Assembly (NCBI GenBank): GCA_041662125.1
Contig: JBAZTA010000003.1
Span: forward strand, 7,992 to 71,991
Length of the DNA stretch: 64,000 bases
Reading direction: 5' to 3'
Source of the DNA: Candidatus Omnitrophota bacterium
GTDB taxonomy: Bacteria > Omnitrophota > Gorgyraeia > Gygaellales > Profunditerraquicolaceae
Every line of letters starts with the position of its first letter. Positions within the stretch are counted from its first letter, which is position 1. Made by a program: the position numbers and the translations under genes. Of the stretch, positions 33,375 to 43,795 are shown one piece after another. The notes under the pieces were generated by a model. That model was not told where the DNA came from. It saw only the letters and a program-made list of their open reading frames with translations, and did no database searches.

Positions 33375-34970
33375 TTAAGCTACCGTAATCCTTTGTTTCG
33401 AGAATAAATCAAGGACATGGTTAACGTTATTGATGTCCCACGTCCAGATCTTTTCCTGGAGAGCTTTCAAGCGGCTGTTTGCGTCAACATCTTGAAAGGT
33501 TATAATTATCTTTTGTTGTAGTTTATGCCGGAACTTCTTGCATTCTTTCGCGAATTCTCCTATATCTTCTTCGGTGAGCGCGTCGTATTTAAAGGCGATG
33601 ACCCAGATACAATCTTCCGAACGGCATAAGAGCCCCTGGTTGAGGCTACTATTCTTAAACTCAACGAATTTGATCTCCCTGAAATGGTTTAACCGTAATT
33701 TCTTGCGTTCGATCTGTATCTGGTCGTCTTGGAACAAATGGAGCAGTTCCATCATTCGTTCGCTTACCGGTTTTTGCGTAGTTGCGATAAATTCCTGGAT
33801 CATGGAATTTATTTTAAGACGGAAAAGATTCTTCTGGTTTTTAGCGTCAACGGTAAGCGAGTTAAGCCTTTCAGAATATACAAATTTAAGCCAAAAGCTT
33901 AATACCCGGTCATTGATCTTTAAGAAATCCCCGCTTTGGGTTATCGTATCTAATTCCAGGAGTGTAGCAATTGAATTACTGAGTTCTTTCTTGGTCTTGC
34001 GTAAAAGGTGCGCTATCTCTTTTATTTTATTATGGCCGTCAGCGATCATGAAAAGGATAGCCTGTTGCTCGTTTTTGGCTGTGCTGCCCTGAAAACGGTT
34101 TACATAATTAGAGAAATTCTGGAATAAAAGCCCTGCAGGGTCAAAAAGCAATTCTTCGAGTATGCTCACTAAATCGTCCTGGGGGGATTTAGTGAGCATT
34201 TCAGATATGACCTTAAGATATAACGGGCAGCCTCCCGTAAAATTGACGATAAAATTCTTAAGCGCATCATGGAGTGATATTGAGCGCAGTGCGTGCGCTA
34301 AATAATCGTGAGCCGTTTTTATATCGAACGGTTCTATCGTGATGACCTCAAAGTTGCCGAAAAGGAGGCTTAAGTCTTTCGATAAAATGGCGCGCGATCT
34401 ATGTTTTAAGGAACTGATGATAATGTAGAGTGTTGCTTTCTGTAAAATCAAAATTTTTGCCCATTCAGCAAAGATCTTTTTTACTCCTATATTCTCAAGT
34501 TTATGGAACTCATCAAAGATGATAACGCAATGCTTTCCTGTTTCCTCATGTATGATCTCGGTAAGCGATAAGAGTTCGGTAAATACGGAATCTTTCTTTT
34601 TTTTGGAAAGGCCGTGCAAGAGCGCTTTTACTTTCTCTATTGTCTTGGGGATATAGAAACTTGATTTCGCGATTAGGAATTCGAGGTCTTCTTTGAGCGG
34701 CATCTCGCTGTTTAGCAGGAAATTATAGAGTAAGACTGCGATAAAACGTTTACACAGGCAGTCCAGCGGCTCTTGCCTTACTTCAATATAGATAGGTATG
34801 ATGCGATTATCGCAGAATTTATGTAAGAACTTAAAAATAATTGATGTTTTTCCAACATGCTCGTCTCCGATAATAGCAAGGTTTTGACGGTATCCGTCTT
34901 TAAGGTCACGGATCCGTTTTTCTAAAATAGAAAGCTGTTGTGTCCGGGCAAAAAACATGTTTTCGTCCAT
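33375..34970 (-). CDS. AAA+ ATPase of the Arch_ATPase (PF01637-like) family
   Basis: Walker A GDEHVGKTS and Walker B VIIFDEFH. Long helical C-terminal region. Confidence 0.5.
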   Translation of the reverse strand: MDENMFFARTQQLSILEKRIRDLKDGYRQNLAIIGDEHVGKTSIIFKFLHKFCDNRIIPIYIEVRQEPLDCLCKRFIAVLLYNFLLNSEMPLKEDLEFLIAKSSFYIPKTIEKVKALLHGLSKKKKDSVFTELLSLTEIIHEETGKHCVIIFDEFHKLENIGVKKIFAEWAKILILQKATLYIIISSLKHRSRAILSKDLSLLFGNFEVITIEPFDIKTAHDYLAHALRSISLHDALKNFIVNFTGGCPLYLKVISEMLTKSPQDDLVSILEELLFDPAGLLFQNFSNYVNRFQGSTAKNEQQAILFMIADGHNKIKEIAHLLRKTKKELSNSIATLLELDTITQSGDFLKINDRVLSFWLKFVYSERLNSLTVDAKNQKNLFRLKINSMIQEFIATTQKPVSERMMELLHLFQDDQIQIERKKLRLNHFREIKFVEFKNSSLNQGLLCRSEDCIWVIAFKYDALTEEDIGEFAKECKKFRHKLQQKIIITFQDVDANSRLKALQEKIWTWDINNVNHVLDLFSKQRITVA

Positions 34971-35007
34971 AGTGCGTATTGTTTGCAGTTTTACCGATTA
35001 ATACGGT

Positions 35008-35715
35008 TTAACTATATCGAGGCAGATAAAAAACAGGATTTCTGGGCACATGCCCTTTTCGTATCTCAAAATGCAGGTAGATTTTTTTATCCCTGCCTGC
35101 CTGTCCGGCTTTTGCGATCATCGCCCCTCTATTTACATAGTCGCCCGTTTTTACCAGTATTTCAGCATTCCGGGCGTAAACCGTTGAAAATCCATCTGCG
35201 TGGTCTATGATGATTGTTTTTCCAAAACTCAGGAAATTATCGTTGCAATACACCACTTTACCGCTTCGGGAGGCGATAACTTCCTGATTTCTTAAAGGCG
35301 CTATATTAATGCCTTTATTGACCATGTTATTGAAACTTTGACCGAATAAGGTGATTGTTTTTCCTTGCAGGGGCCAGATGAAGTCATCAGTGCTGAATGT
35401 CTTTTTTTGTGTCGGCAGCGCTTCTGCCGGCCGTGCCGGTATAAAAATCAATTGTCCTATTTCAATAGTAGTCACATCGGTTATTTTATTGATCTTTACT
35501 ATTTCATCGAGATCAACGTTGTACATCTTTGAAAGTTTCCAGAGCGTTTCGCTTTTTTCGATACGATGGTATTTTCCTGGTATGTTTGGCGGTATTGATT
35601 GAGCATTCGGTTTCAGAGAAGGAACAGTTGCGCAACCAATAAAAGCACACATTAAAAAGCATAAAGATAGAAGTACAAACAGGTATTTATGTGATAAGTT
35701 TTTTATCACTTTCAT
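35008..35715 (-). CDS. LysM + M23 peptidoglycan metalloendopeptidase lipoprotein
   Basis: Lipobox FIGC. LysM (YHRIEKSETLWKLSKMY) and M23 (HADGFSTVYARN...GQAGRDK...LHFEIR). The ORF track start at 35772 reads through the tRNA-Gly; the true start is the internal Met at 35715. Confidence 0.8.
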   Translation of the reverse strand: MKVIKNLSHKYLFVLLSLCFLMCAFIGCATVPSLKPNAQSIPPNIPGKYHRIEKSETLWKLSKMYNVDLDEIVKINKITDVTTIEIGQLIFIPARPAEALPTQKKTFSTDDFIWPLQGKTITLFGQSFNNMVNKGINIAPLRNQEVIASRSGKVVYCNDNFLSFGKTIIIDHADGFSTVYARNAEILVKTGDYVNRGAMIAKAGQAGRDKKIYLHFEIRKGHVPRNPVFYLPRYS

Positions 35716-35723
35716 ATTTACAA

Positions 35724-35794
35724 AGCGGGTGAGCGGAATCGAACCGCCATATACAGCTTGGGAAGCTGTCATTCTACCACTGAATTACACCCGC
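35724..35794 (-). tRNA. tRNA-Gly (anticodon CCC)
   Basis: Cloverleaf GCGGGTG/CACCCGC acceptor, D-arm ATTCAGTGGTAGAAT, anticodon arm ACAGC-TTCCCAA-GCTGT, T-arm GGCGG-TTCGATT-CCGCT, discriminator U. The loop sequence was confirmed from the ORF-track translation MTASQAVYGG, which spuriously reads through it. Coordinates are +/-1. Confidence 0.75.
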
Positions 35795-37095
35795 GTTTTT
35801 TTGTCATGGTTACACTGCTCCATTAATTTAATGGAACAGTAATTCCCGCACATCGTGCAGACATCGGATAGTAGCGGTTTTGATGAAGCGCGATACTCGT
35901 AAGCTTTATCAGGATCTATCGATAAGGCGATCTGTCTTTTCCAGTCACGTTTTTGGCGCGCCAGAGACATAAGCGTGTCTTTACGTATTGCCTGGGGTAT
36001 GCCTTTGGCGATGTCGGCGGCGTGCGCTGCGATTTTCGAGGCAATAACACCAACGCGCACATCTTCAAGCGAAGGCAGCCGTAAATGTTCAGCTGGCGTC
36101 ACGTAGCATAAAAAATCAGCTCCATGACTGGCTGCGATGGCTCCTCCGATAGCAGCCGTGATATGGTCATAGCCGGCGGCAATATCAGTAACCAGAGGCC
36201 CTAAAACGTAAAAGGGCGCCCCGTGGCAGAGTTTTTTTTCTAAGAGTATATTTTCTTTGATCTGTTGGAGCGGGACGTGCCCGGGCCCTTCAATCATTAC
36301 TTGGACGAACTTCTTTTTCGCGCGCACAGCGAGTTTTCCTAAAATTGCCAGTTCACTGATCTGCGCTTGGTCTGTCGCATCCAAGATCGAGCCGGGACGA
36401 AGCCCATCTCCCAGGCTTAAGGTTACATCGTGTTTATACGCGATATCCAGAATTTCATCAAAATACTCATAAAAAGGGTTTTCTTTTTTGTGCCGAGACA
36501 TCCAGCTGGCAATGATCGCTCCACCGCGTGAAACTATTCCCATGATCCTTTTTTTAGTTTTAAGCTTAGATAAACTTTCTTGCGTGACACCGCTATGGAT
36601 AGTAAAAAAATCAACCCCCTCTTTTGCTTGCTTTTCTAAAACCTCAAGCATGTCGCTGCCGCTAAATTCCAGGAAATCGCCTTTTTTTCTCTGGGCGTTG
36701 ACAGCAATTTCATATACGGGAACGGTACCAAGCGGGACCGGCGAAGCTGCCCGTATTTTGTTCCTGATTTGAGCGATGTTGCCTGCGACACTCAAATCCA
36801 TTACTGCATCAGCGCCGTATTTCAGTGAAACCGCCAGTTTTTTTAATTCAAGTTTAAGATCCGTTTTGTCAGGAGAGGTCCCGATATTAGCGTTGATCTT
36901 GGTGGTGAGTTTATAGCCGATACCGCAGGGTTTTTTGAGCGTGTGGTTTTTGTTGCAGGGAATAACGATCTTTCCGCAAGCGATAAGTTCTGATATTTCC
37001 TTAGCTTGTATGCCTTCAAGAGCCGCAATTTGTTTTACAAGCGGCGTAATGGTTTTTTTAACCGCTGATTCTAGTTGAGTCATAGAGAGTATCAA
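35785..37095 (-). CDS. thiC: Phosphomethylpyrimidine synthase
   Basis: ThiC family with the C-terminal CTMCGNYCS Fe-S motif. The last 3 codons overlap the tRNA-Gly 5' end. Confidence 0.9.
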   Translation of the reverse strand: MILSMTQLESAVKKTITPLVKQIAALEGIQAKEISELIACGKIVIPCNKNHTLKKPCGIGYKLTTKINANIGTSPDKTDLKLELKKLAVSLKYGADAVMDLSVAGNIAQIRNKIRAASPVPLGTVPVYEIAVNAQRKKGDFLEFSGSDMLEVLEKQAKEGVDFFTIHSGVTQESLSKLKTKKRIMGIVSRGGAIIASWMSRHKKENPFYEYFDEILDIAYKHDVTLSLGDGLRPGSILDATDQAQISELAILGKLAVRAKKKFVQVMIEGPGHVPLQQIKENILLEKKLCHGAPFYVLGPLVTDIAAGYDHITAAIGGAIAASHGADFLCYVTPAEHLRLPSLEDVRVGVIASKIAAHAADIAKGIPQAIRKDTLMSLARQKRDWKRQIALSIDPDKAYEYRASSKPLLSDVCTMCGNYCSIKLMEQCNHDKKTRV

Positions 37096-37116
37096 TTGAA
37101 AGCCAGTAAACTGCTT

Positions 37117-37746
37117 TCAAAATTGGTTTAATGAGGTAACTATTTTTAAAGTGTCACTTTTGTTATATGCTGCCCTGCAAAGAGCGGCTCTGGTTGCTCC
37201 GTATGCGATACAATCGCTGATAGTCAAAGGATTTATCCCGCCGATAGCAAAAAAAGGTATTTTAATTTTTTTCGCGCATGTTGCAAGTAATGATAAACCA
37301 ACGGCTTTATAGTCGGGCTTTGTCGGTGTCGCGTAAATCGGGCCGATACTGATATAATCAGCTCCCTCTTCTTGAGCCTTTAACGCCTGCCGGAGGCTAT
37401 GACAGGAAATCCCGATGATCTTTGATCTTCCTGTTAATTTCCTGACAGCCTCAAGCGGCAAATCATCCTGCCCGAGATGAATGCCGTCGCAGTCAACAAG
37501 CAGCGCGATATCGACATGATCATTGATGATAAAGAGCTTATTGCTTTTTGAGAATACTTTCTGAAAGATCTTTGCATCCTGGAATACTTCTTTTTTGCAG
37601 GATACTTTGTCCCGTAATTGAACAATATCGAGCCCGGAACTTTTGATGCGTACAAGATGCTTTAATAAAGACGCGCTGCCTAAAACTTCTTTATCAAGTA
37701 CGGCGTAAGCACGGCAGTTTAGTAATAACTTTTTTCTCGAGTTCAT
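37117..37746 (-). CDS. thiE: Thiamine-phosphate synthase
   Basis: HLGQDDLP, IGISCH and FAIGGI motifs. Confidence 0.85.
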   Translation of the reverse strand: MNSRKKLLLNCRAYAVLDKEVLGSASLLKHLVRIKSSGLDIVQLRDKVSCKKEVFQDAKIFQKVFSKSNKLFIINDHVDIALLVDCDGIHLGQDDLPLEAVRKLTGRSKIIGISCHSLRQALKAQEEGADYISIGPIYATPTKPDYKAVGLSLLATCAKKIKIPFFAIGGINPLTISDCIAYGATRAALCRAAYNKSDTLKIVTSLNQF

Positions 37747-38128
37747 AGATTTCGTAGCGTATCTTCTTAAATCCTAGTGCTTCAGAGCTTCTTTTAAGTT
37801 TCGCGAATTCTTCTAAGACGCGTGTGGATTCTTTGACGCGCTGAATATTAGCATAAAAAATATCAGCTAAATCGTTTCTTTTGAGTTCTGTTTCAAGGTG
37901 GACGTTTTTACCTACGTCTTTGAGGCTTTTTCTCCCCCTGAGGCGTTGCGCAATCGGCGCAAGCCGGCAAGCCAGGCTGTCGAGTGAGTGCCTGGTTTTC
38001 TTAAATTGAACGGTCAACTTCCTGTCATTCATGATGAAGCGGCTTATTTCTTCACAGACCCTTAGTCCTTCTTTGAGCCGGTTAATATTAGCGTCAATAA
38101 TTCTGTTTATACCGTTTGATTTAAGCAC
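37694..38128 (-). CDS. Hypothetical protein in the thi operon
   Basis: 144 aa, overlapping thiE by about 50 nt and rfaE by about 20 nt. No motif recognised. Confidence 0.3.
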   Translation of the reverse strand: MLKSNGINRIIDANINRLKEGLRVCEEISRFIMNDRKLTVQFKKTRHSLDSLACRLAPIAQRLRGRKSLKDVGKNVHLETELKRNDLADIFYANIQRVKESTRVLEEFAKLKRSSEALGFKKIRYEIYELEKKVITKLPCLRRT

Positions 38129-38625
38129 GCCTGCGCAATTTTTTTGATTAAATTTGTCGTCGAAAGGCCTTTGACAAATTGAATAGTTATAACTTTCCCT
38201 GCGTATGATTCTACAAAATCTTTCCCGACAATCGCATTGGGGTTCCAGTCCGCGCCTTTAACTAATATATCCGGCTTTAAAGCTTTTATGACCGCCAAAG
38301 GAGTGTCTTGATTGAAAACGACCACAAAATCGACACTGGCAAGGCCGGCAATGACCTTTACTCTGTCTTTAACTGCCACGATCGGCCGGCTATCTCCTTT
38401 GAGTTTTCTTACTGATGCGTCGCTATTGACGGCGACCACAAGGGCGTCCCCTTTATTCCTGGCATCTTGTAAATATTTTACATGCCCGTAATGCAACAAA
38501 TCAAAGCAGCCGTTGGTAAATACAATTCTTTTGCCGCGTGATTTCAATGAGCGAATGATTTTCTGCAGTTGCCGAAGGTTCTTTATTTTTACTTCTAATC
38601 GAATTCCTGTTCTACCAGTTCGCAT
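38107..38625 (-). CDS. rfaE: D-glycero-beta-D-manno-heptose-1-phosphate adenylyltransferase (RfaE domain II / HldE C-terminus)
   Basis: Cytidylyltransferase fold with FTNGCFDLLHYGHVKYL (HxGH). Confidence 0.8.
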   Translation of the reverse strand: MRTGRTGIRLEVKIKNLRQLQKIIRSLKSRGKRIVFTNGCFDLLHYGHVKYLQDARNKGDALVVAVNSDASVRKLKGDSRPIVAVKDRVKVIAGLASVDFVVVFNQDTPLAVIKALKPDILVKGADWNPNAIVGKDFVESYAGKVITIQFVKGLSTTNLIKKIAQACLNQTV

Positions 38626-39161
38626 ATAATGTGTCCTAAAGTAATATGAGCTTCTTGAATCCGCGCGGTAACCAGTGATGGGACGATGAGCGATATATCA
38701 GCTAATTTTGCCAGTTCTCCTCCGTCTCCTCCGGTTAACGCAACGGTTTTAATGCCCATTTTTTTGGCTTGTTTTATCCCCGCGGCAACATTTTTTGCTT
38801 TTCCGCTGGTAGAAATACCTATGGCAATATCGTTTTTTTGCCCGAGCGCCTCAATTTGCCTCGCAAAGACTATATCATAGCTGTAATCGTTTGACAGGGA
38901 AGTTAAGATCGAGGTGTTGGTGGTAAGGGCGATGGCCGCTAAAGCGCTTCTTTCTTTTCTGAATCTGCCGACTAATTCAGCGGCGATGTGCTGGCTGTCG
39001 CTGGCTGAGCCGCCATTTCCAAAGAGCATCACTTTCCCTCCTTTTTTGATCGATTCGATCATAAGGGTGGTGATGTCAATGATCTGCCCAATGCTTGAAT
39101 GAAGCAGGTCTTCTTTTACTTGTATACTTTCTAAAAATAGATCTTTGATTTTGTCACGCAT
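38595..39161 (-). CDS. gmhA: Phosphoheptose isomerase (SIS domain)
   Basis: GNGGSASDSQHIAAEL and surrounding SIS motifs. Confidence 0.85.
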   Translation of the reverse strand: MRDKIKDLFLESIQVKEDLLHSSIGQIIDITTLMIESIKKGGKVMLFGNGGSASDSQHIAAELVGRFRKERSALAAIALTTNTSILTSLSNDYSYDIVFARQIEALGQKNDIAIGISTSGKAKNVAAGIKQAKKMGIKTVALTGGDGGELAKLADISLIVPSLVTARIQEAHITLGHIICELVEQEFD

Positions 39162-39208
39162 AGTAGCTTAATCCTCCGCAGTTATCATAGAGATATTCTG
39201 TACAAATC

Positions 39209-40240
39209 TTAACCGAAAAACACTTTCGCGATCTCATAGAGTTCCATGTCGACCGTTTTTAAGGATTTGACTGCGTCTTCTAACGCAACAGCAATGATTT
39301 TATCTCCTTTTAATGCTACCATTTTACCGAAGTTTTTGTTTTTAACTAATTCTACGGCTTTGACGCCGAATCTGGTCCCCAGTACCCTGTCAAATGCAGT
39401 GGGAGACCCTCCTCTTTGAATGTGTCCCAATACGGTCACCCTGGTTTCATACCCGGTGCGTTTTTCAATTTCTTTGGCGAGCCGGTCTCCGATGCCTCCG
39501 AGGCGCACATGGCCGAATTCGTCTAATTTTTCTTCCTGGGTGATCAATGATGTATCTTTAAACTGAGCGCCTTCTGCTACGACCACAATGCTGAAGGTTT
39601 TTCCTCGGGAATGCCTTTTTTTGATGAGGGAACAAACCTCTTCAATATCGATCGGCAGTTCCGGTATCAGGACGACGTCTGCGCCTCCGGCAATCCCTGC
39701 TTCAATGGCGATCCAGCCTGCGTGGCGGCCCATGACTTCGGCGACCATGATACGATGATGGCTTTCGGCTGTCGTGTGCAGACGGTCGATACATTCGGTG
39801 GCTATATTTAAAGCTGTGTCAAACCCAAAGGTATAATCAGTAGAAGATAAGTCGTTATCAATAGTTTTGGGGACGCCGACAATATTCGTTATTCCGTCTT
39901 TTGGTAATTTTGACGCTACTCCTAAAGTATCTTCTCCTCCAACAGCGATCAAAGCGTCGAGCCCGAGTTTTTTGTATGTCTCGATGACTTTCTCAACCCC
40001 TTTTTCTTTCTTATACGGATTAGTGCGGCTTGTCCCTAAGATCGTTCCCCCTTTGGGTAAAATACCTGAGATCGTATCGAGATTTAATTCCATAGTATCA
40101 TTTTCAATGAGGCCTTTCCATCCATTTTTGATCCCGATGACTTGATATCCTTCATTGTATGCTTTTCTCACAACTGCTCTGATAACGGGGTTTAATCCGG
40201 GGCAATCTCCTCCGCCGGTAAGAATTCCAATCTTTGCCAT
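39209..40240 (-). CDS. pfkA: 6-phosphofructokinase
   Basis: GILTGGGDCPGLN, GGEDTL, and the MGR substrate loop. Confidence 0.9.
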   Translation of the reverse strand: MAKIGILTGGGDCPGLNPVIRAVVRKAYNEGYQVIGIKNGWKGLIENDTMELNLDTISGILPKGGTILGTSRTNPYKKEKGVEKVIETYKKLGLDALIAVGGEDTLGVASKLPKDGITNIVGVPKTIDNDLSSTDYTFGFDTALNIATECIDRLHTTAESHHRIMVAEVMGRHAGWIAIEAGIAGGADVVLIPELPIDIEEVCSLIKKRHSRGKTFSIVVVAEGAQFKDTSLITQEEKLDEFGHVRLGGIGDRLAKEIEKRTGYETRVTVLGHIQRGGSPTAFDRVLGTRFGVKAVELVKNKNFGKMVALKGDKIIAVALEDAVKSLKTVDMELYEIAKVFFG

Positions 40241-40268
40241 GGTGCCAGTTCCTCCTTAATCATGTTTG

Positions 40269-40874
40269 TTATACTCTGCCGTAGCCGCCAAACGGTATCG
40301 CAGATTCGTTTTTATCGATGTCTTTTCTTTTTTTCTCTTTTTCTTCTTTTGCAATGATCTTGGTTATATGTATTTTAATGATAATTTCTTCTTCAAGCCC
40401 GAGTACCTCTTGTATCTTTGCCTTGGTGATATCCTGGAGGCGGGCAGTTAATTCTGGAAGGTTAGCCTCTGATTTTAAAACGACATTTAATTCTACTTTG
40501 ATCCCTTTTTTATCGGCGATCACATCCGGGCGCAACTCTTTTATTTCCGGGATCACCGATGAAAGCTGTTTGATCAAGTCTTCAACGACGTTGAGGGCTA
40601 TGGTGACTTCTCCGGAAGATGTGGTGAATGCGATAGTTTTCTGCCTTTGGTATCCGCCGAGTATTAAGCGGGCAAAAGAAATGCTGACCAATATGAGTAA
40701 GAGGCCGGAAAGGCCGACAATGATCCGCGAATTTAAACTGTTTTGGAGATAGACAAAGAGCTGATTAATGTCTTGGGGCTGCAATATATTAAATGAGGAG
40801 ACGATCAGGGCTGCTCCTATTAAAATGAGGATACTCGCGTAAAAAATAATTCCCAGGACCGTAAATATTCTCAT
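40269..40874 (-). CDS. Asp23-anchoring membrane protein (AmaP-like)
   Basis: Two N-terminal TM helices with a soluble C-terminus. Sits immediately downstream of Asp23. Confidence 0.45.
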   Translation of the reverse strand: MRIFTVLGIIFYASILILIGAALIVSSFNILQPQDINQLFVYLQNSLNSRIIVGLSGLLLILVSISFARLILGGYQRQKTIAFTTSSGEVTIALNVVEDLIKQLSSVIPEIKELRPDVIADKKGIKVELNVVLKSEANLPELTARLQDITKAKIQEVLGLEEEIIIKIHITKIIAKEEKEKKRKDIDKNESAIPFGGYGRV

Positions 40875-40910
40875 CAGTATTGCCTCCCTCTTGGTAGCTA
40901 AAAGAACGTA

Positions 40911-41264
40911 TTAACTTTTTTCGATTCCTTGGACGGTTATATTTATGTTTTTTATCGATAAATTAGTCATTTTCTCCAGGGCAAGCCGGACGTTTTCCTG
41001 GACTTTGTTAGAAATTTCCGGAATATTGCAGCCATATTTAATGACCAAAGGGATCTCTACCGATACATACCCTGCGGCATCAATATCAACTTTTATGGAA
41101 GAAATTTTCTTTCCAAGAAGTTCCCATAATCTGCTTTTCAGGCCAGAGCCTATGTTTTTGACTCCCTCAATTTCAGTGGCAGCGGCTGAGGCAATAGAGG
41201 CTATGACATTATTATGTATGCTGATAGTTCCATAATGAGACTGGGATTCTTCTCTATGCATCAT
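40911..41264 (-). CDS. Asp23/Gls24 family alkaline-shock protein
   Basis: [25 protein letters not shown] pattern over the family length of about 115 aa. Confidence 0.7.
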   Translation of the reverse strand: MMHREESQSHYGTISIHNNVIASIASAAATEIEGVKNIGSGLKSRLWELLGKKISSIKVDIDAAGYVSVEIPLVIKYGCNIPEISNKVQENVRLALEKMTNLSIKNINITVQGIEKS

Positions 41265-42628
41265 GTTTTAGTGTTCTCCGTTTCTTCGGTATTCAACATT
41301 TCCGGTACGAAATGGGTAGATATATTACCTTTGATAAATAACGGGTTACCGAGCAATTGTATGTGAAAGGGGATCGTTGTTTTGATCGGGGAGATCTCAA
41401 ATTCATGCAGTGCTCGCTGCATGATCGTGATCGCTTCTTCCCGGGTATTGCCGTGTACGATCAGCTTTGCCACCAATGAATCATAGAACGGCGGGATCAC
41501 ATACCCGGGGTAGATGTGGGTGTCGATACGCACCCCGGGTCCTCCGGGAAGGTTTAAAACTTCGATTTTTCCCGGACACGGCATAAAATTGTTCTCGTGA
41601 TCTTCGGCGTTAATGCGGCATTCGATCGCAACACCCTTCATTCTAATATCTTCTTGTTTAAAGCGCAGCCGTTCTCCTGCGGCAACAGCGATCTGTTCTT
41701 TTATCAGGTCAATTCCGGTTACCATTTCTGTTACCGGATGTTCAACCTGGATACGGGTATTCATTTCCATGAAATAAAAATTCTTTTGCGCGTCTACTAA
41801 GAATTCAATGGTGCCGGTACTGACGTAATTGACTGCTTTTGCGGCTTTTATGGCGGCTTCCCCCAAACGTTTGCGTAATTTATTATCAACGATACATGAA
41901 GGGGATTCTTCCAGCAGTTTTTGGTGGCGCCTTTGAATGCTGCAGTCCCTTTCTCCTAAATGGACAATATGGCCGTATTTATCCGCTAAAATCTGTATTT
42001 CTATGTGCCGTGGTTTTTCAATATATTTTTCAATATAGACATTGGAATTCCCGAAATTTGCTTCCGCTTCTGACTGGGCGGTCATGATGCTTGAAACTAA
42101 ACGTATTTCATTATGGCATATTCTCATGCCTTTCCCGCCGCCACCCGCTGCCGCTTTGATTATGACGGGGTACCCGATTTTCTTGGCGGTTTTGATGGCA
42201 TCTTCCTTGTTCTTGATCGCGGTCATGCTTCCGGGTATGATAGGAACCCCGATTTTCTGCATATTTGCCCGGGCAGCCATTTTATCACCCATGAGTTTGA
42301 TATTTTCCGGTGTCGGGCCTATGAATTTTATGTGACAGGATTCGCAAATTTCGGCAAAATGCGCGTTTTCTGCGAGAAATCCGTAACCGGGATGGATCGC
42401 TTCAACATCGGTGATCTCAGCCGCGCTGATAATTGCAGGGATATTGAGGTAACTTTTACTGCTGGCTGCTTGTCCGATACAGATGGCTTCATCAGCAAAG
42501 CGGACATGCAGGCTGCTCCTGTCAGCTTCAGAATAGACAGCAACTGTGCGTATACCGAGTTCTCTGCACGCTCTGATGACCCGCAGCGCTATTTCTCCTC
42601 TATTAGCGATTAAGATTTTGGAAAACAA
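41261..42628 (-). CDS. accC: Acetyl-CoA carboxylase biotin carboxylase subunit
   Basis: [19 protein letters not shown]-grasp motifs, and [14 protein letters not shown]. Confidence 0.9.
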   Translation of the reverse strand: MFSKILIANRGEIALRVIRACRELGIRTVAVYSEADRSSLHVRFADEAICIGQAASSKSYLNIPAIISAAEITDVEAIHPGYGFLAENAHFAEICESCHIKFIGPTPENIKLMGDKMAARANMQKIGVPIIPGSMTAIKNKEDAIKTAKKIGYPVIIKAAAGGGGKGMRICHNEIRLVSSIMTAQSEAEANFGNSNVYIEKYIEKPRHIEIQILADKYGHIVHLGERDCSIQRRHQKLLEESPSCIVDNKLRKRLGEAAIKAAKAVNYVSTGTIEFLVDAQKNFYFMEMNTRIQVEHPVTEMVTGIDLIKEQIAVAAGERLRFKQEDIRMKGVAIECRINAEDHENNFMPCPGKIEVLNLPGGPGVRIDTHIYPGYVIPPFYDSLVAKLIVHGNTREEAITIMQRALHEFEISPIKTTIPFHIQLLGNPLFIKGNISTHFVPEMLNTEETENTKT

Positions 42629-42689
42629 TATATTTTCTTAGGTTATGAGCTGGTACTTTTTTAATAAAAGCCACACGCTTATATTCTCA

Positions 42690-43145
42690 TTAAAGCGGTT
42701 CTATGATCAACATCGATTGTCCGAATTCAACGGGTTCAGAATTATCAACAAGGATCTCTACGATCTTCCCCCTGACTTCCGATTTGATCTCATTCATCAG
42801 TTTCATTGCTTCAATGATACAGAAAACCTGTCCGGGTTCGATTGTTTGTCCGACTTCGACATAGGGAGGCGCTTCTGGTGAAGGCGCTCGGTAAAATGTC
42901 CCTACCATCGGCGCTTTAATTTCTACTGTTTTTACCGGAGGTTTTTCTATTGTTTGCGGGATTTCCTGCGGCCGGGCCTGGGGCAGTTTTTCTCGTTCAA
43001 TGACCATCGGACCGTTATATACGCCTGTTTCTCCTGTTGCCGTTTTTTTGAGCCTGATACGCATGCCATCTTTTTCAACCTCTAATTCAACGAGGCTGTT
43101 TTCGTTCATCAGGTTGATCATTTCTTTTATTTCTTTAATATTCAC
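42690..43145 (-). CDS. accB: Biotin carboxyl carrier protein
   Basis: Biotinyl-lysine motif EAMKLMNEI. Confidence 0.85.
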   Translation of the reverse strand: MNIKEIKEMINLMNENSLVELEVEKDGMRIRLKKTATGETGVYNGPMVIEREKLPQARPQEIPQTIEKPPVKTVEIKAPMVGTFYRAPSPEAPPYVEVGQTIEPGQVFCIIEAMKLMNEIKSEVRGKIVEILVDNSEPVEFGQSMLIIEPL

Positions 43146-43231
43146 GCGTGAGCCTCCTTGTACCTGTTCGCAGTTGCCTTGGACATAAGGATCTTGATCT
43201 CTTTGTATCTAACAGGGGTGATTTTAGACGC

Positions 43232-43795
43232 TTAGTTGATCCTTTCAACGTATGACGAGCTTCTGGTATCTACCTTTATCCTATCATCCATACCCACAAA
43301 CAAAGGGACTTGAATAATAGCTCCTGTTTCAATTTCCGCAGGTTTGGTCCCGCTTTTGGCAGTATCTCCTTTTATACCAGGCTCAGTAAAGACAATTTTG
43401 ACTTCAATAAAATTGGGCAAATTAACGTTTAAGATCTCTTCTTTATAGGAATAGGACGTTACTTCCATGTTATCTTTTAAGAATTTAATTTTGTCTCCCA
43501 GTGAGTTTTTGGGAATTGCGACTTCTTCATAATTATCCTGCGCCATAAAATGGTACATATCTCCTGAGGTATAGAGATATTGCAATTTTCTTTCTTCTAT
43601 GAAGGCTTCTTCTATTTTTTCATCGCCTCTAAAGGTCTTTTCCAAGACATTTGATGTCCGTAAATTCCTCAATTTTACGCGGACAAATGCCGCGCCTTTA
43701 CCTGGCTTGACATGATTAAATTCAATGATAGCATAGATTTCGCCGTCAACTAATATTGTTAAACCTGATTTTACTTCATTGATTGAGAGTGACAC
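43232..43795 (-). CDS. efp: Elongation factor P
   Basis: KPGKGAAFVRVKLRNL loop in a 187-aa protein. Confidence 0.9.
   Translation of the reverse strand: MSLSINEVKSGLTILVDGEIYAIIEFNHVKPGKGAAFVRVKLRNLRTSNVLEKTFRGDEKIEEAFIEERKLQYLYTSGDMYHFMAQDNYEEVAIPKNSLGDKIKFLKDNMEVTSYSYKEEILNVNLPNFIEVKIVFTEPGIKGDTAKSGTKPAEIETGAIIQVPLFVGMDDRIKVDTRSSSYVERIN

Noticed and set aside
35716-35772. N-terminal 19 codons of the 35008..35772 ORF
   Set aside because: These codons are the tRNA-Gly gene read in frame. The real start of the M23 lipoprotein is at 35715.
37096-38200. TPP riboswitch upstream of thiC/thiE
   Set aside because: No CUGAGA / ACCUGAUCUGGAUAAUGCCAGCG-like box was found. The thi genes are packed or overlapping with the upstream heptose genes, leaving no leader.
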